From contig CAZOJI010000003.1 of NCBI GenBank assembly GCA_964580055.1, positions 35,511-99,510 on the forward strand: a stretch of 64,000 nucleotides of DNA, written 5' to 3'. Position 1 is the stretch's first letter. Each line of letters opens with the position of its first letter. A program made the position numbers and the translations under genes. This DNA is from an uncultured Gemmatimonadaceae bacterium (GTDB lineage Bacteria > Gemmatimonadota > Gemmatimonadetes > Gemmatimonadales > GWC2-71-9). Under the pieces are notes generated by a model. That model did no database searches, had not been told where the DNA came from, and saw nothing but the letters and a program-made list of their open reading frames with translations. This document shows, one piece after another, positions 1-8,313 of this stretch.

Positions 1-508
1 TGGGATCGAACTGCTCACCTACGCTTCCAACCTTCACCAGTCCCGCTCCCTCCAGTTCTCGCAGGAGACTGCGTTCCACCATCCGCACACCGGCAATCAC
101 ATCCTCCACGCTGGCTTCCGCGGGATCGACAGCCGAAACCCGTTCGAGGTTGTCGAGCGTCTCCAGTATCAACCGGACGATTTCGGAACGACCATCTTGA
201 CGAATCTCGCTTCGCTGTCGCTCTACTCGCTTGCGAAAGTTGTCGAATTCCGCAGCCAACCGTAGATAGCTATCCTTCTGCGCCTCTACTTCGGCTTCTA
301 GGCGCTCGACAGCGGCTTCCGGCGCCTCAACTAGGGCGTGCTGGTCGGTTGCGGCTGATGCGTCCGATTCAGCAGCTAGTTCCTCATACGCAGCTCCCGC
401 TTCCGCGTCCCCCTCAGACTCATCAATATGCTCTACCGGTTCGACTTCCTCGCCGGCCTGTTCCCCTACCTCACCCACTTCAACCCGGTCTCGTTTGCGC
501 TTCTTCAT
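1..508 (-). CDS. grpE: Nucleotide exchange factor GrpE (3' end cut by window edge)
   Basis: Edge-running minus-strand ORF, absent from the ORF track. My translation from the ATG at 506-508 reads MKKRKRDRVEVGEV...KDSYLRLAAEFDNFRKRVERQRSEI...VIAGVRMVERSLLRELEGAGL. It carries the GrpE hallmark LRxxAEFxNFRKR. Confidence 0.85.
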   Translation of the reverse strand, partial: MKKRKRDRVEVGEVGEQAGEEVEPVEHIDESEGDAEAGAAYEELAAESDASAATDQHALVEAPEAAVERLEAEVEAQKDSYLRLAAEFDNFRKRVERQRSEIRQDGRSEIVRLILETLDNLERVSAVDPAEASVEDVIAGVRMVERSLLRELEGAGLVKVGSVGEQFDP

Positions 509-652
509 GTTAGGTTCCAATGTCGTCAATTGCAGTCGGTTGCTCCTTCGCGAACCTTTCAGTTGCTCGAACTATAAAGCAGGTGCAAAGAACACACCAT
601 CCAACTCTGCCGTATTGACATACACTTGCCATCGAGGCATTCAGAAGCGGCA

Positions 653-1909
653 TCACCGAGCCGTCAGGAGACCCCGCACCAGATCCAGAGCTGCCTGCGC
701 GCTTCGCTCGCGCACCTCGTCTCGCTGACCTGGAAACCATCGCTGCTCGGCCACAGAGTACGAGCTGACGGCTGCAGCAAGCCACACGGTTCCAACCGGT
801 TTGGTTTCCGTACCGCCCGTTGGCCCTGCAATGCCGGTCACAGCGACTCCCACGTCCACGCCAAATCGCTCGATGACGCCGTCAACCATTGCCCGGGCAA
901 CGGGTTCGCTAACGGCTCCAGACTCAGCCAGTACGTCTTTGGGCACTCCGAGGTTTCGAGCTTTTGCTGAGTCATCATAGCATATCATCCCACCTGCGAA
1001 GACCTCGGAGGCACCCGGCACAGCAACGATGCGAGCACCGACCAGCCCTCCGGTACACGACTCCGCGACAGCCAACCTCATGCCGTTCTCTTTGAGCATT
1101 TGAACCACGACGGAAGAAAGCATGGTCGAGCCTGAGCCGTACAGTCTATCGGTCAGCATCGCGTGGAGTATTCCCTCCGGACGCTCGAGTGCGTCATCAG
1201 CCACGGCCGGAGGTGCGTTGTGGATCGTGAGCCTGAGGTCCAGACCGTCGATGCCGGGCAGATACGAGAGCGAAACGTCACCCAGCTCCGACTCGACGCC
1301 TCTCAACACTTCTGAGGCGCTGGATTCCGAGATTCCCGTAGTGCGCAGAGTGTTCGACCTCGTGACCGTAGGCTCGCCATCCAATTCTTGCGCTTTGGCC
1401 CAAATGCGGGGCACGACTTCTGCCTCCGCTATCCTCCGCATTTCAGCAGGTACTCCTGGAAGCATGATAGCCGTACCGGGAGCACCTTCGAGCCACAAAC
1501 CAGGTGCCGTTCCACGCGGATTCCTCAAGCAAATGGCTCCCTCAGGCACCTCGGCCTGGCTGCGGTTCGATTCGGGCATCGGTTCCAAGCCGACCCTCGC
1601 AAATCTCTTCTGGAGTTTCGCTAGATAATCGCGGTCCATCACTAATGGCGCATCGAAGATATCCGCCACCACTTTCTTCGTGATGTCGTCGCGCGTCGGC
1701 CCCAAACCACCAGTGATCACAACCATACCGGTGCGTGCGAGGCTGCCGGAAACCGCATCGCGAATGGCCGCTCTTTGGTCCGGCACTGAAGTGCTGCGAA
1801 CCACATTGCAGCCTACTGAAGACAGAAGACGTCCCAATTCAGCGGTGTTGCCATCGGCAGTGAAGCCAAGCAACAGCTCTGTTCCGACTGTGACTAACTC
1901 AAGATCCAT
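653..1909 (-). CDS. cinA: CinA family competence/damage-inducible protein (MoCF-binding N-domain plus PncC-like nicotinamide-nucleotide amidase C-domain)
   Basis: 418 aa. N-terminus MDLELVTVGTELLLG...ITGGLGPTRDDITK; C-domain LAVAESCTGGL...VTGIAGPTGG. ATG at 1907-1909. Confidence 0.85.
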   Translation of the reverse strand: MDLELVTVGTELLLGFTADGNTAELGRLLSSVGCNVVRSTSVPDQRAAIRDAVSGSLARTGMVVITGGLGPTRDDITKKVVADIFDAPLVMDRDYLAKLQKRFARVGLEPMPESNRSQAEVPEGAICLRNPRGTAPGLWLEGAPGTAIMLPGVPAEMRRIAEAEVVPRIWAKAQELDGEPTVTRSNTLRTTGISESSASEVLRGVESELGDVSLSYLPGIDGLDLRLTIHNAPPAVADDALERPEGILHAMLTDRLYGSGSTMLSSVVVQMLKENGMRLAVAESCTGGLVGARIVAVPGASEVFAGGMICYDDSAKARNLGVPKDVLAESGAVSEPVARAMVDGVIERFGVDVGVAVTGIAGPTGGTETKPVGTVWLAAAVSSYSVAEQRWFPGQRDEVRERSAQAALDLVRGLLTAR

Positions 1910-2561
1910 CGCCGATGGAGGGTGAAGCGACGTCCTGTAGCAGCACCCGATACTTGTATGCGTATACGATGAGCGAGTACACGGTTACTACCACCGTCAC
2001 TGCCAATCCCACGGCAACCACGGTTCCGTGGAAGCGTTCCCAGAATGCGCCGAGCCACCCTGTCTCCCACCCGTAGGCGGCAGTCAGATCTTTCCACGCA
2101 AACCATGCTATCATAGCACCAATGAAGATGTCCTGGACCACCGTCTTGACCTTGCCCGCACCCATTGCGGCTATTACGACTCCACGGCGCTGTGCGAGAT
2201 GGCGAAAGACTGTCATCAATACTTCGCGGCCGATCAGGATCAATGCGACCCAGAGAGGAACGTTACCCCACCAAGGGATCCCGTACTCCACCATCCTGTA
2301 CGTGGTAATCCAATAGATCGGGACGAGAGTAGAGAACAGGAGAAGCTTGTCAGCGAGGGGATCGAGAAGCTTGCCAATCTCGGTTATCTCGTTTCGCTCA
2401 CGTGCGAGGCGGCCGTCGTACAGATCGCTGAGCGCCGCAATCAGGAACACGACAAAGGCGATGAGTTTGGGAATGTAGCCTCTTATGAAGGGCAGAAGCG
2501 CTACAACAGGACAGAGTGCTATCCGACAAATGGTGAGGATGTTGGGCAAGGTCCAGATCAT
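1899..2561 (-). CDS. pgsA: CDP-diacylglycerol--glycerol-3-phosphate 3-phosphatidyltransferase
   Basis: 220 aa polytopic membrane protein. CDP-alcohol phosphatidyltransferase motif DLYDGRLAR...GKLLDPLADKLL. The pgsA-cinA pairing is common. Confidence 0.85.
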   Translation of the reverse strand: MIWTLPNILTICRIALCPVVALLPFIRGYIPKLIAFVVFLIAALSDLYDGRLARERNEITEIGKLLDPLADKLLLFSTLVPIYWITTYRMVEYGIPWWGNVPLWVALILIGREVLMTVFRHLAQRRGVVIAAMGAGKVKTVVQDIFIGAMIAWFAWKDLTAAYGWETGWLGAFWERFHGTVVAVGLAVTVVVTVYSLIVYAYKYRVLLQDVASPSIGDGS

Positions 2562-2574
2562 TGCAGCGCCCGCT

Positions 2575-3249
2575 TCAGCTCAGCGTCTTGAGGACGACTT
2601 TAGCCAGGGCTTTGAGGGTTTCGAAGACGCCTTCCCCGGTTATCGCCACGGATTCGAAGTACGGGACGCGCTCGATCCAAACTCCGTCTATCTCTTCGAT
2701 CAGCATCTCACCGGGGTGATTTGGATCGGGCGTCGGTTTCTGCTTCGCCGGATCGTCTACTGGCCACCCGGGATTGAGCTGTTCCTGAAGCTGAGCGATC
2801 GGAGCCGCGTTGGGCAGATCGCGCTTGTTGTACTGTATCACGAACGGGATCTTGGTGAGATCGTATCCGTACTCTGCCATGTTGTCATAGAGGTTCTGCA
2901 TCGATTCTATGTTGGCTTCGCTACGTTCGATCTGACTGTCAGCCACAAATACGACACCGTCCACGCCCTTCAATATCAGCTTACGTGACGCATTGTAGTA
3001 CACTTGACCTGGAACGGTGTAGAGGTGGAATCTCGTCTTGAACCCGCGAATCGTTCCCAGATCGACCGGGAGAAAATCGAAGAACAGGGTGCGCTCCGTC
3101 TCCGTGGCCAACGAAACCATCTTGCCGCGTGTATCAGGAGAGACTTTTCCGTAGATGAGCTCGAGATTCGTGGTCTTCCCGCCAAGACCAGGACCGTAGT
3201 AGACGAGTTTGCAGTTGATCTCACGGGATGCGTAGTTGATCATCGACAT
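2575..3249 (-). CDS. mglA: Ras-like polarity/motility GTPase MglA (long variant, 224 aa)
   Basis: [29 protein letters not shown]...[12 protein letters not shown]...[10 protein letters not shown] is near-identical in pattern to myxobacterial MglA. Sits directly downstream of a Roadblock/LC7 gene. Confidence 0.85.
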   Translation of the reverse strand: MSMINYASREINCKLVYYGPGLGGKTTNLELIYGKVSPDTRGKMVSLATETERTLFFDFLPVDLGTIRGFKTRFHLYTVPGQVYYNASRKLILKGVDGVVFVADSQIERSEANIESMQNLYDNMAEYGYDLTKIPFVIQYNKRDLPNAAPIAQLQEQLNPGWPVDDPAKQKPTPDPNHPGEMLIEEIDGVWIERVPYFESVAITGEGVFETLKALAKVVLKTLS

Positions 3250-3267
3250 CGTCTATCACGCCTCCCC

Positions 3268-3762
3268 TCAGTCCCCAAAAAGCTTGTCGATTTCGTCATC
3301 CGCTCCCTCCAGCAGTCCTCCTTCTTTGAGCTTCGAACCATCAGAAGCCGCCCGACCGAACATGGCATCGAATACAGCCGCCAAATCGCTCACTGTCTGT
3401 TTCACTCGGAGCCGCACCATTCCCACCGTTGTCCGCTCATCGAAGAGCACAACCAGTATCACCCGTCGCGCGACGTCGGCGAGGTACATCGACTCTTTTT
3501 CTCCCTGGTGGAACAGAGACGCGAACTCAGGTTCGCCCAGCATTTGAGCCAGCTGATCGTTGGCGCTGAAATCCGCCGCCGTCAAAGACGCGAACGCGGT
3601 GGGATCGAAGGTCATCTGCTCGCCGACCGAGGCTAGCAGCTGACCGGCACGATCAACCAGCAGCGCGCAACGGGCGTTGGACTCCTTCAGCAACTCGTTC
3701 AGCAAATGCGAGATACGCTGGTAATCTGATTCGTCGAGTGACCAGGTGGCCGCTCCAGGCAT
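3268..3762 (-). CDS. mglB: Roadblock/LC7 domain protein, MglB-like GAP of MglA
   Basis: 164 aa with a Roadblock-like core (ALLVDRAGQLLASVG...VILVVLFDERTTVGMVRLRV) and an acidic C-tail. Lies 18 nt upstream of mglA on the same strand. Confidence 0.75.
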   Translation of the reverse strand: MPGAATWSLDESDYQRISHLLNELLKESNARCALLVDRAGQLLASVGEQMTFDPTAFASLTAADFSANDQLAQMLGEPEFASLFHQGEKESMYLADVARRVILVVLFDERTTVGMVRLRVKQTVSDLAAVFDAMFGRAASDGSKLKEGGLLEGADDEIDKLFGD

Positions 3763-3774
3763 TGGCTCCTCGCG

Positions 3775-4044
3775 TTATCCTAGTTTCGCTTCCATGCGCC
3801 TGACGACTGCTTTGGCGCGCCGCCGAAGCACAGGGTGGGTTTCCCAGGCCAAATAATCACGCAAGAGATGGACCGCATCGACGCTCGGACTGCTGTTCAG
3901 GTAACCCAGCGCAGAGAGTCGCCTCAGCGGTCGATCACTGAAAAGGTCACGGCGGTGGCGTCCGATCGACTGCTGCGCCAACAACATCCCCAGGATTGCA
4001 CCTAATCCTCCTCCTATCAAGAGCGCCTTGAAACTCGGATGCAT
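3775..4044 (-). CDS. Hypothetical small protein with N-terminal hydrophobic segment
   Basis: 89-aa ORF. Its ATG overlaps the recR stop (TGATG), and it ends 12 nt before mglB. No family recognised. Confidence 0.4.
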   Translation of the reverse strand: MHPSFKALLIGGGLGAILGMLLAQQSIGRHRRDLFSDRPLRRLSALGYLNSSPSVDAVHLLRDYLAWETHPVLRRRAKAVVRRMEAKLG

Positions 4045-4640
4045 CAGCTGGACATCTCCCGTCTGGCCACGATAGCCTGCGCTATTGTCACTCCGTCAGC
4101 ATATTCCAAGTCTCCCCCGACCGGAAGTCCAAGCGCAATCCTCGTGACTCGAATATCGGCATCGACCAACATTCGCCTAACATAAGTTGCGGTAACCTCG
4201 CCCTCCATTGAAGGGTTCGTGGCGAGAATAACCTCACGAAATTGACTGCCGTTTCCGAGCCGGTTCTTGAGGCTCTCTAGCCTCAGATCGTCCGGGCCTA
4301 TTCCGTCGAGCGGAGAGAGATGCCCCCCGAGTACATGATAGTGTCCGTGGTATTCTCCCGTGCGTTCGATCGCGCCGACGTCGGATGCCTCCTCTACCAC
4401 ACAGACCACACTGGAATCCCTCCGTGGGTCTCCACAGATCGAGCACGGACTCGTTTCAGTGAGGTTGCCGCAGAACTCACACGGCTTGATCTTCTCTGCG
4501 ACCGCCCTAATCGCTCCGGCCAACCTCTCCGAACAATCGTGCGGCTGCTTTACCAGGAAATAGGTCAAGCGTGTGGCTGTCTTGCGACCGATTCCGGGCA
4601 GCTTGGCCAGTTCTCCGATGAGAGCATCGATTGCAGACAC
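4044..4640 (-). CDS. recR: Recombination protein RecR
   Basis: LIGELAKLPGIGRKTATRLTYFL (HhH), a C4 zinc finger CEFCGNLTE..CSICGD, and Toprim VVCVVEEASDV. I prefer the GTG start at 4640, just after the ybaB stop, over the ORF-track start at 4679, which overlaps ybaB by 35 nt. Confidence 0.9.
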   Translation of the reverse strand: MSAIDALIGELAKLPGIGRKTATRLTYFLVKQPHDCSERLAGAIRAVAEKIKPCEFCGNLTETSPCSICGDPRRDSSVVCVVEEASDVGAIERTGEYHGHYHVLGGHLSPLDGIGPDDLRLESLKNRLGNGSQFREVILATNPSMEGEVTATYVRRMLVDADIRVTRIALGLPVGGDLEYADGVTIAQAIVARREMSS

Positions 4641-4644
4641 GCTC

Positions 4645-4962
4645 TCACAAGGGGAGTTGAAACGGCAACGGCAGACCACCGGTGACTTTGCTCATTTCAT
4701 CGCGGTACAGCTCCTGCGCCTTCCGCTGGGCTTCACCAACCGCCGCCAATACCAAGTCTTCTAGCATTTCGACGTCGCCTTCTGAGACGACCGTAGGATC
4801 AATTCGTACAGAACGAATCTGCCCTCTACCATCGGCAGTAGCAGTTACCATGCCACCCCCTGCAGAACCGGTGACGGACTGTTGCGCCAGTTCAGTCTGC
4901 ATCTGGGTCAATCGCCCCTGCATCTGCTGACCCAACTGGAGAAGTTGTGAAAAATCGGCCAT
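4645..4962 (-). CDS. ybaB: Nucleoid-associated protein YbaB/EbfC
   Basis: 105 aa: MADFSQLLQLGQQMQGRL...VTATADGRGQIRSVRIDPTVV...EMLEDLVLAAV. Canonical dnaX-ybaB-recR synteny. Confidence 0.85.
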   Translation of the reverse strand: MADFSQLLQLGQQMQGRLTQMQTELAQQSVTGSAGGGMVTATADGRGQIRSVRIDPTVVSEGDVEMLEDLVLAAVGEAQRKAQELYRDEMSKVTGGLPLPFQLPL

Positions 4963-5033
4963 GGTTAGTCAATCCGCGAAAGCGTAGATGCGGTCAGACG
5001 TGCAACCTACCCTCACCACTGAAGCTCCGCAAG

Positions 5034-6701
5034 CTATTCGAGCACCTCTAGGTCGAGCGCCTCCGCAAGCGCGTCCAACCCGGAATCCGCCCTTCGGTGG
5101 CGCTTGAGCTGTTCCTCGAGGTTGCTGTCTCTATCCAGTCGGCTGGGTTGAGGAGACGAGGGAGTGTTCGAATCCAGATAACTGGGCTTGTACTGTAGCA
5201 TCTTGGGCTTGGTTCCGACCACCGCGCATATGCTATCCGAAATCAAGGATCGGTTCCGGTCGAGGCCCTCCAGATAGACTTCGCAGTCGCTGACTTCGAG
5301 TACGACGACTCCTTCATCGACAGATGTGGGCGTCGCTCGACCAAGAGCTTCCTTTACCATCCGGCTCTTGCCGCCCACCCTCTTTATGATCTTGGGCCAG
5401 GCTGCAGTGAGGTTCTCAAGCGATAGTTCAACACTGGCATCGGGCAGTCCGACTTCGGAATCGCCAATCGCCTCCTGGTCGAACCGGTCGGCTTCCGCAC
5501 GCGTTTCGGCAACGACAGTACTGTCCTGATCATCCCGTGGAGTTGGGCGAACTGGACTTCTGATGACGTCGAGCACGTCGCTCAATTCTACCGTACTGTC
5601 CAACAACGTCCATTGAAGTAGCAGCATCTCCAATTGGATTCGGGCATTGCTGCTGCGTCGAATTGCGTTCTCGCTGGAAGCAAGGATTTTCAGCATCCTC
5701 AACACGTCGCCTGCACGATAGTGATGCGAGTGACGCTTGACGGATTCGCGTAGTGAGTCGGTGAGCGCCTCTGGTTTCCCACCCACCATATGTACCATTA
5801 AGGCCCGCATCACCTCACCTGCCCCATGCACGAACTCGGACAAATCAGCACCGGACTCTACCAGTTGAGCGACGAATGGGAACACATCTGCCGTGCGCCG
5901 CTCCGCGACCATGTTCAGCATTTCCGCGTATGTTTCGTGATCGATCAACCCCAGAGCTTCGCGGACACGGGCGGCTGTTACCGCACCCTCCCCGTAAGCC
6001 AGTGCCTGATCGAGAAGAGAAAGGCCGTCTCGCATTCCGCCGTCAGCCACATGGGCAATGAGTTGAAGCGCCTCTTCCTCTACCTCCACTTCCTCCGCTT
6101 CAGCCACCAGTCTGAGTCGCTCTACGATGCTTTGCGGACCGATCCGTCTGAAGTCGAATCTCTGGACTCGGCTCATAACGGGCGCCGCCGTTGCCGCAAT
6201 CTTCTGTGGCTCCGTCGTCGCGAACACGAACACTACTCGTGGCGGGGGTTCTTCCAGAATTTTGAGAAGCGCATTCCATGCTTCACGAGTGAGCATGTGA
6301 GCTTCGTCGACGATGTATACTTTTTGGCGCTCGGGCCCGCTTGCAGCATACATGGCGCGTTCTCGCAATTCTCGAGCATCGTCCACGCCTCGATTGCTGG
6401 CCGCATCGATTTCGACCACGTCGACGCAGGAGACACCTGTCCATATGCGCATGCATGAATCGCATTTACCGCACGGCTCCCCAGGATACGGCGCCGACGC
6501 TCGGTCTTCACAATTGAGCGCCATAGCGAGAATCCGCGCCGCACTTGTCTTGCCCACGCCGCGAGGGCCGGTCAAGAGATAGGCATGCGCAACGCGTTCT
6601 TTGGCAACGGCTCCAGCCAGGCCGGCAGCGACATGTCCCTGCGCGACAAGACCGGAGAAGCCTTTAGGACGATACCTTCGTGCTAACGCAGTATGAGTCA
6701 T
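5034..6701 (-). CDS. dnaX: DNA polymerase III subunit gamma/tau
   Basis: MTHTALARRYRPKGFSGLVAQ...LLTGPRGVGKTS...VYIVDEAHMLT. Start set at the internal ATG 6699-6701. The longer ORF-track extension to 6884 overlaps the SRP RNA and the trkH end. Confidence 0.9.
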   Translation of the reverse strand: MTHTALARRYRPKGFSGLVAQGHVAAGLAGAVAKERVAHAYLLTGPRGVGKTSAARILAMALNCEDRASAPYPGEPCGKCDSCMRIWTGVSCVDVVEIDAASNRGVDDARELRERAMYAASGPERQKVYIVDEAHMLTREAWNALLKILEEPPPRVVFVFATTEPQKIAATAAPVMSRVQRFDFRRIGPQSIVERLRLVAEAEEVEVEEEALQLIAHVADGGMRDGLSLLDQALAYGEGAVTAARVREALGLIDHETYAEMLNMVAERRTADVFPFVAQLVESGADLSEFVHGAGEVMRALMVHMVGGKPEALTDSLRESVKRHSHHYRAGDVLRMLKILASSENAIRRSSNARIQLEMLLLQWTLLDSTVELSDVLDVIRSPVRPTPRDDQDSTVVAETRAEADRFDQEAIGDSEVGLPDASVELSLENLTAAWPKIIKRVGGKSRMVKEALGRATPTSVDEGVVVLEVSDCEVYLEGLDRNRSLISDSICAVVGTKPKMLQYKPSYLDSNTPSSPQPSRLDRDSNLEEQLKRHRRADSGLDALAEALDLEVLE

Positions 6702-6716
6702 AACCAAAATTGGAAT

Positions 6717-6813
6717 GCCCCAGGTGACCCGAAGCGACGCGTGCATTCGCTTAGCGCTGCTACCTTCACGGTCCTGACGCGGTTCACGCGCATTCGCCCT
6801 CCGGACCTGGGGC
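6717..6813 (-). ncRNA. ffs: Signal recognition particle RNA (small 4.5S-type)
   Basis: Minus-strand sequence GCCCCAGGUCCGGAGGGCGAAUGCGCGUGAACCGCGUCAGGACCGUGAAGGUAGCAGCGCUAAGCGAAUGCACGCGUCGCUUCGGGUCACCUGGGGC. It contains the conserved domain IV core (CAGGNCCG-GNRA-AGGNAGCAGC). A closing helix GCCCCAGGU/ACCUGGGGC is followed by a U-rich AAUUUU. The position just upstream of dnaX is typical. Confidence 0.75.
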
Positions 6814-6819
6814 TGATGA

Positions 6820-6847
6820 AAACTAGCAGGATTGCTAGGGGTATCAA
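6820..6847 (-). promoter_or_regulatory. Candidate sigma70-type promoter for ffs
   Basis: Minus strand reads TTGATA-16 nt-TAGTTT. The predicted SRP RNA 5' G (6813) lies 7 nt downstream of the -10. Confidence 0.3.
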
Positions 6848-6873
6848 ACCGGGTAGTTAGCTGACATTCCAGG

Positions 6874-8313
6874 CTACGCGTCACCGCCCCAGCGACCCCA
6901 CGTTCCCGGAATTATGAGGACCAAGAGCGTGTAGAACTCCAACCTTCCGAGCAGCATGAGGCCCGACAATACGAGTTGGGGCATCGGCCCCATATGGCCA
7001 TAGTGTTCGGCCGGACCAACCTCGCCGAGCCCGGGGCCGATGCTGGACATTGCCGCAAGTGCGGCACTCATGGCAGTGACGAGGTCGTACCCAAACGCGG
7101 CGATCAGCAGTGTACCCAATCCGTGGGTGACGACGTAGAGAGCCAGAAAAGCCAGCACGTTGAGTAGGATATCGGATCGTATCGGGGCCCTGCCCAACTT
7201 GGTCACGAACACCCCTCTCGGATGCAGGACCTTCTGCACTTCTCCCGCCGCGTGTTTGAGCACCACCACCGCCCTTGCAACCTTGAACCCGCCCCCGGTT
7301 GAACCACCCATTGCACCAACGAACATCAGCGTAACTAGCAGAACCAAGCAAAACGGCGGCCATTGGCCGAAATCGGCTGTGGCAAATCCGGTCGTGCTCA
7401 GCACCGCAACCACGTTGAAGGCCGCATCCCTAATCGCCCAGCCGCCCCCCGAGATCCTCAACGCCAATAATACCGTGACCGAAACGACTACTGCCCCTCC
7501 CGCATACCAGCGCCATTCAGAGTCGCTGGCCCACGCTGCCCAACGCCCGGACAAGAGAGCGTAATGCAATGTGAAATTCGTGCCGGCGATCAACATGAAT
7601 ACGATCGTCACCCATTGGATCGCCGGACTGAACGCACCCAAAGACGCGGTCCGAGTAGAGAACCCCCCTGTGGCCAAAGTGCTCATCGCGTGGTTCACCG
7701 CATCGAAGGCCGGCATTCCAAGAAGCAGATAAGTAACGAAAAGCACTGCTGTGAACAGAGCATACACGCCCCATAGTAGACGAGCTGTGGTCGCGATTCT
7801 CGGCTTGAGCCTGTCAGTCGCGATTCCCGGCACTTCGGCTCGGAAGAGCTGGGCTCCACCCATCCCGATCAGCGGAAGCACCGCTACTCCAAGGACGATG
7901 ATCCCCATTCCACCAAGCCAGTGGCTGATCGAGCGCCACAGCAGAATGCTCTTGGGGAGCACTTCGATGTTGGAAAACACCGTGGCACCGGTGGTGGTGA
8001 AGCCGGATACAGACTCGAAGATCGCGCTAGCCGCAGTCGGGGCGGTTCCGGTCGAGATAAACGGCAAACACCCGAAACTGACAACTGCCAACCACCCAAC
8101 GCCCACCACCGCAATGCCTTCGCGTCGATTGACCGATATCCGAGCTGGCATGAGGAGCCAGAGAAGAAACCCAGCCATGGCGGTCACACCCACCGCCACC
8201 AGCCATGCTACAGCCAGTCCCTCCAAACACCCGATGGCGGCAGGTGGTAACATGGCCACGGCGGTCCAAAGTAAGAGCAGACCAACGACGTGCAGGACTT
8301 CCAGGAAGTTCAC
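6874..8313 (-). CDS. trkH: Trk-type potassium uptake membrane subunit TrkH
   Basis: 479-aa polytopic protein with repeated selectivity-filter-like GFxTTG/TGGFST motifs (SGFTTTGATV, LATGGFSTRT, LSTTGFATADF). 4-nt overlap with trkA. Confidence 0.85.
   Translation of the reverse strand: MNFLEVLHVVGLLLLWTAVAMLPPAAIGCLEGLAVAWLVAVGVTAMAGFLLWLLMPARISVNRREGIAVVGVGWLAVVSFGCLPFISTGTAPTAASAIFESVSGFTTTGATVFSNIEVLPKSILLWRSISHWLGGMGIIVLGVAVLPLIGMGGAQLFRAEVPGIATDRLKPRIATTARLLWGVYALFTAVLFVTYLLLGMPAFDAVNHAMSTLATGGFSTRTASLGAFSPAIQWVTIVFMLIAGTNFTLHYALLSGRWAAWASDSEWRWYAGGAVVVSVTVLLALRISGGGWAIRDAAFNVVAVLSTTGFATADFGQWPPFCLVLLVTLMFVGAMGGSTGGGFKVARAVVVLKHAAGEVQKVLHPRGVFVTKLGRAPIRSDILLNVLAFLALYVVTHGLGTLLIAAFGYDLVTAMSAALAAMSSIGPGLGEVGPAEHYGHMGPMPQLVLSGLMLLGRLEFYTLLVLIIPGTWGRWGGDA

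Noticed and set aside
509-652. CIRCE/HrcA operator or sigma32 promoter upstream of grpE
   Set aside because: There is no TTAGCACTC-N9-GAGTGCTAA-like inverted repeat. There is only a short direct repeat (GTTGCTC twice). The plus-strand TTGACA at 614 has no downstream plus-strand gene.
5034-6701. Programmed -1 frameshift (A AAA AAG) site for gamma subunit production in dnaX
   Set aside because: The only A-run (CAAAAAG, ~6311-6317) lies in the N-terminal ATPase domain (ERQKVYIVDEAH), which is not where tau/gamma frameshifting occurs. No slippery heptamer is seen in the C-terminal half.
6702-6884. N-terminal 61 codons of the 616-aa dnaX ORF in the track
   Set aside because: The extension overlaps the SRP RNA, its promoter and the trkH stop. 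Its sequence (MTRSLECQLTTRFDTPSNP...) has no DnaX similarity, and the conserved DnaX N-terminus begins at the internal ATG at 6701.
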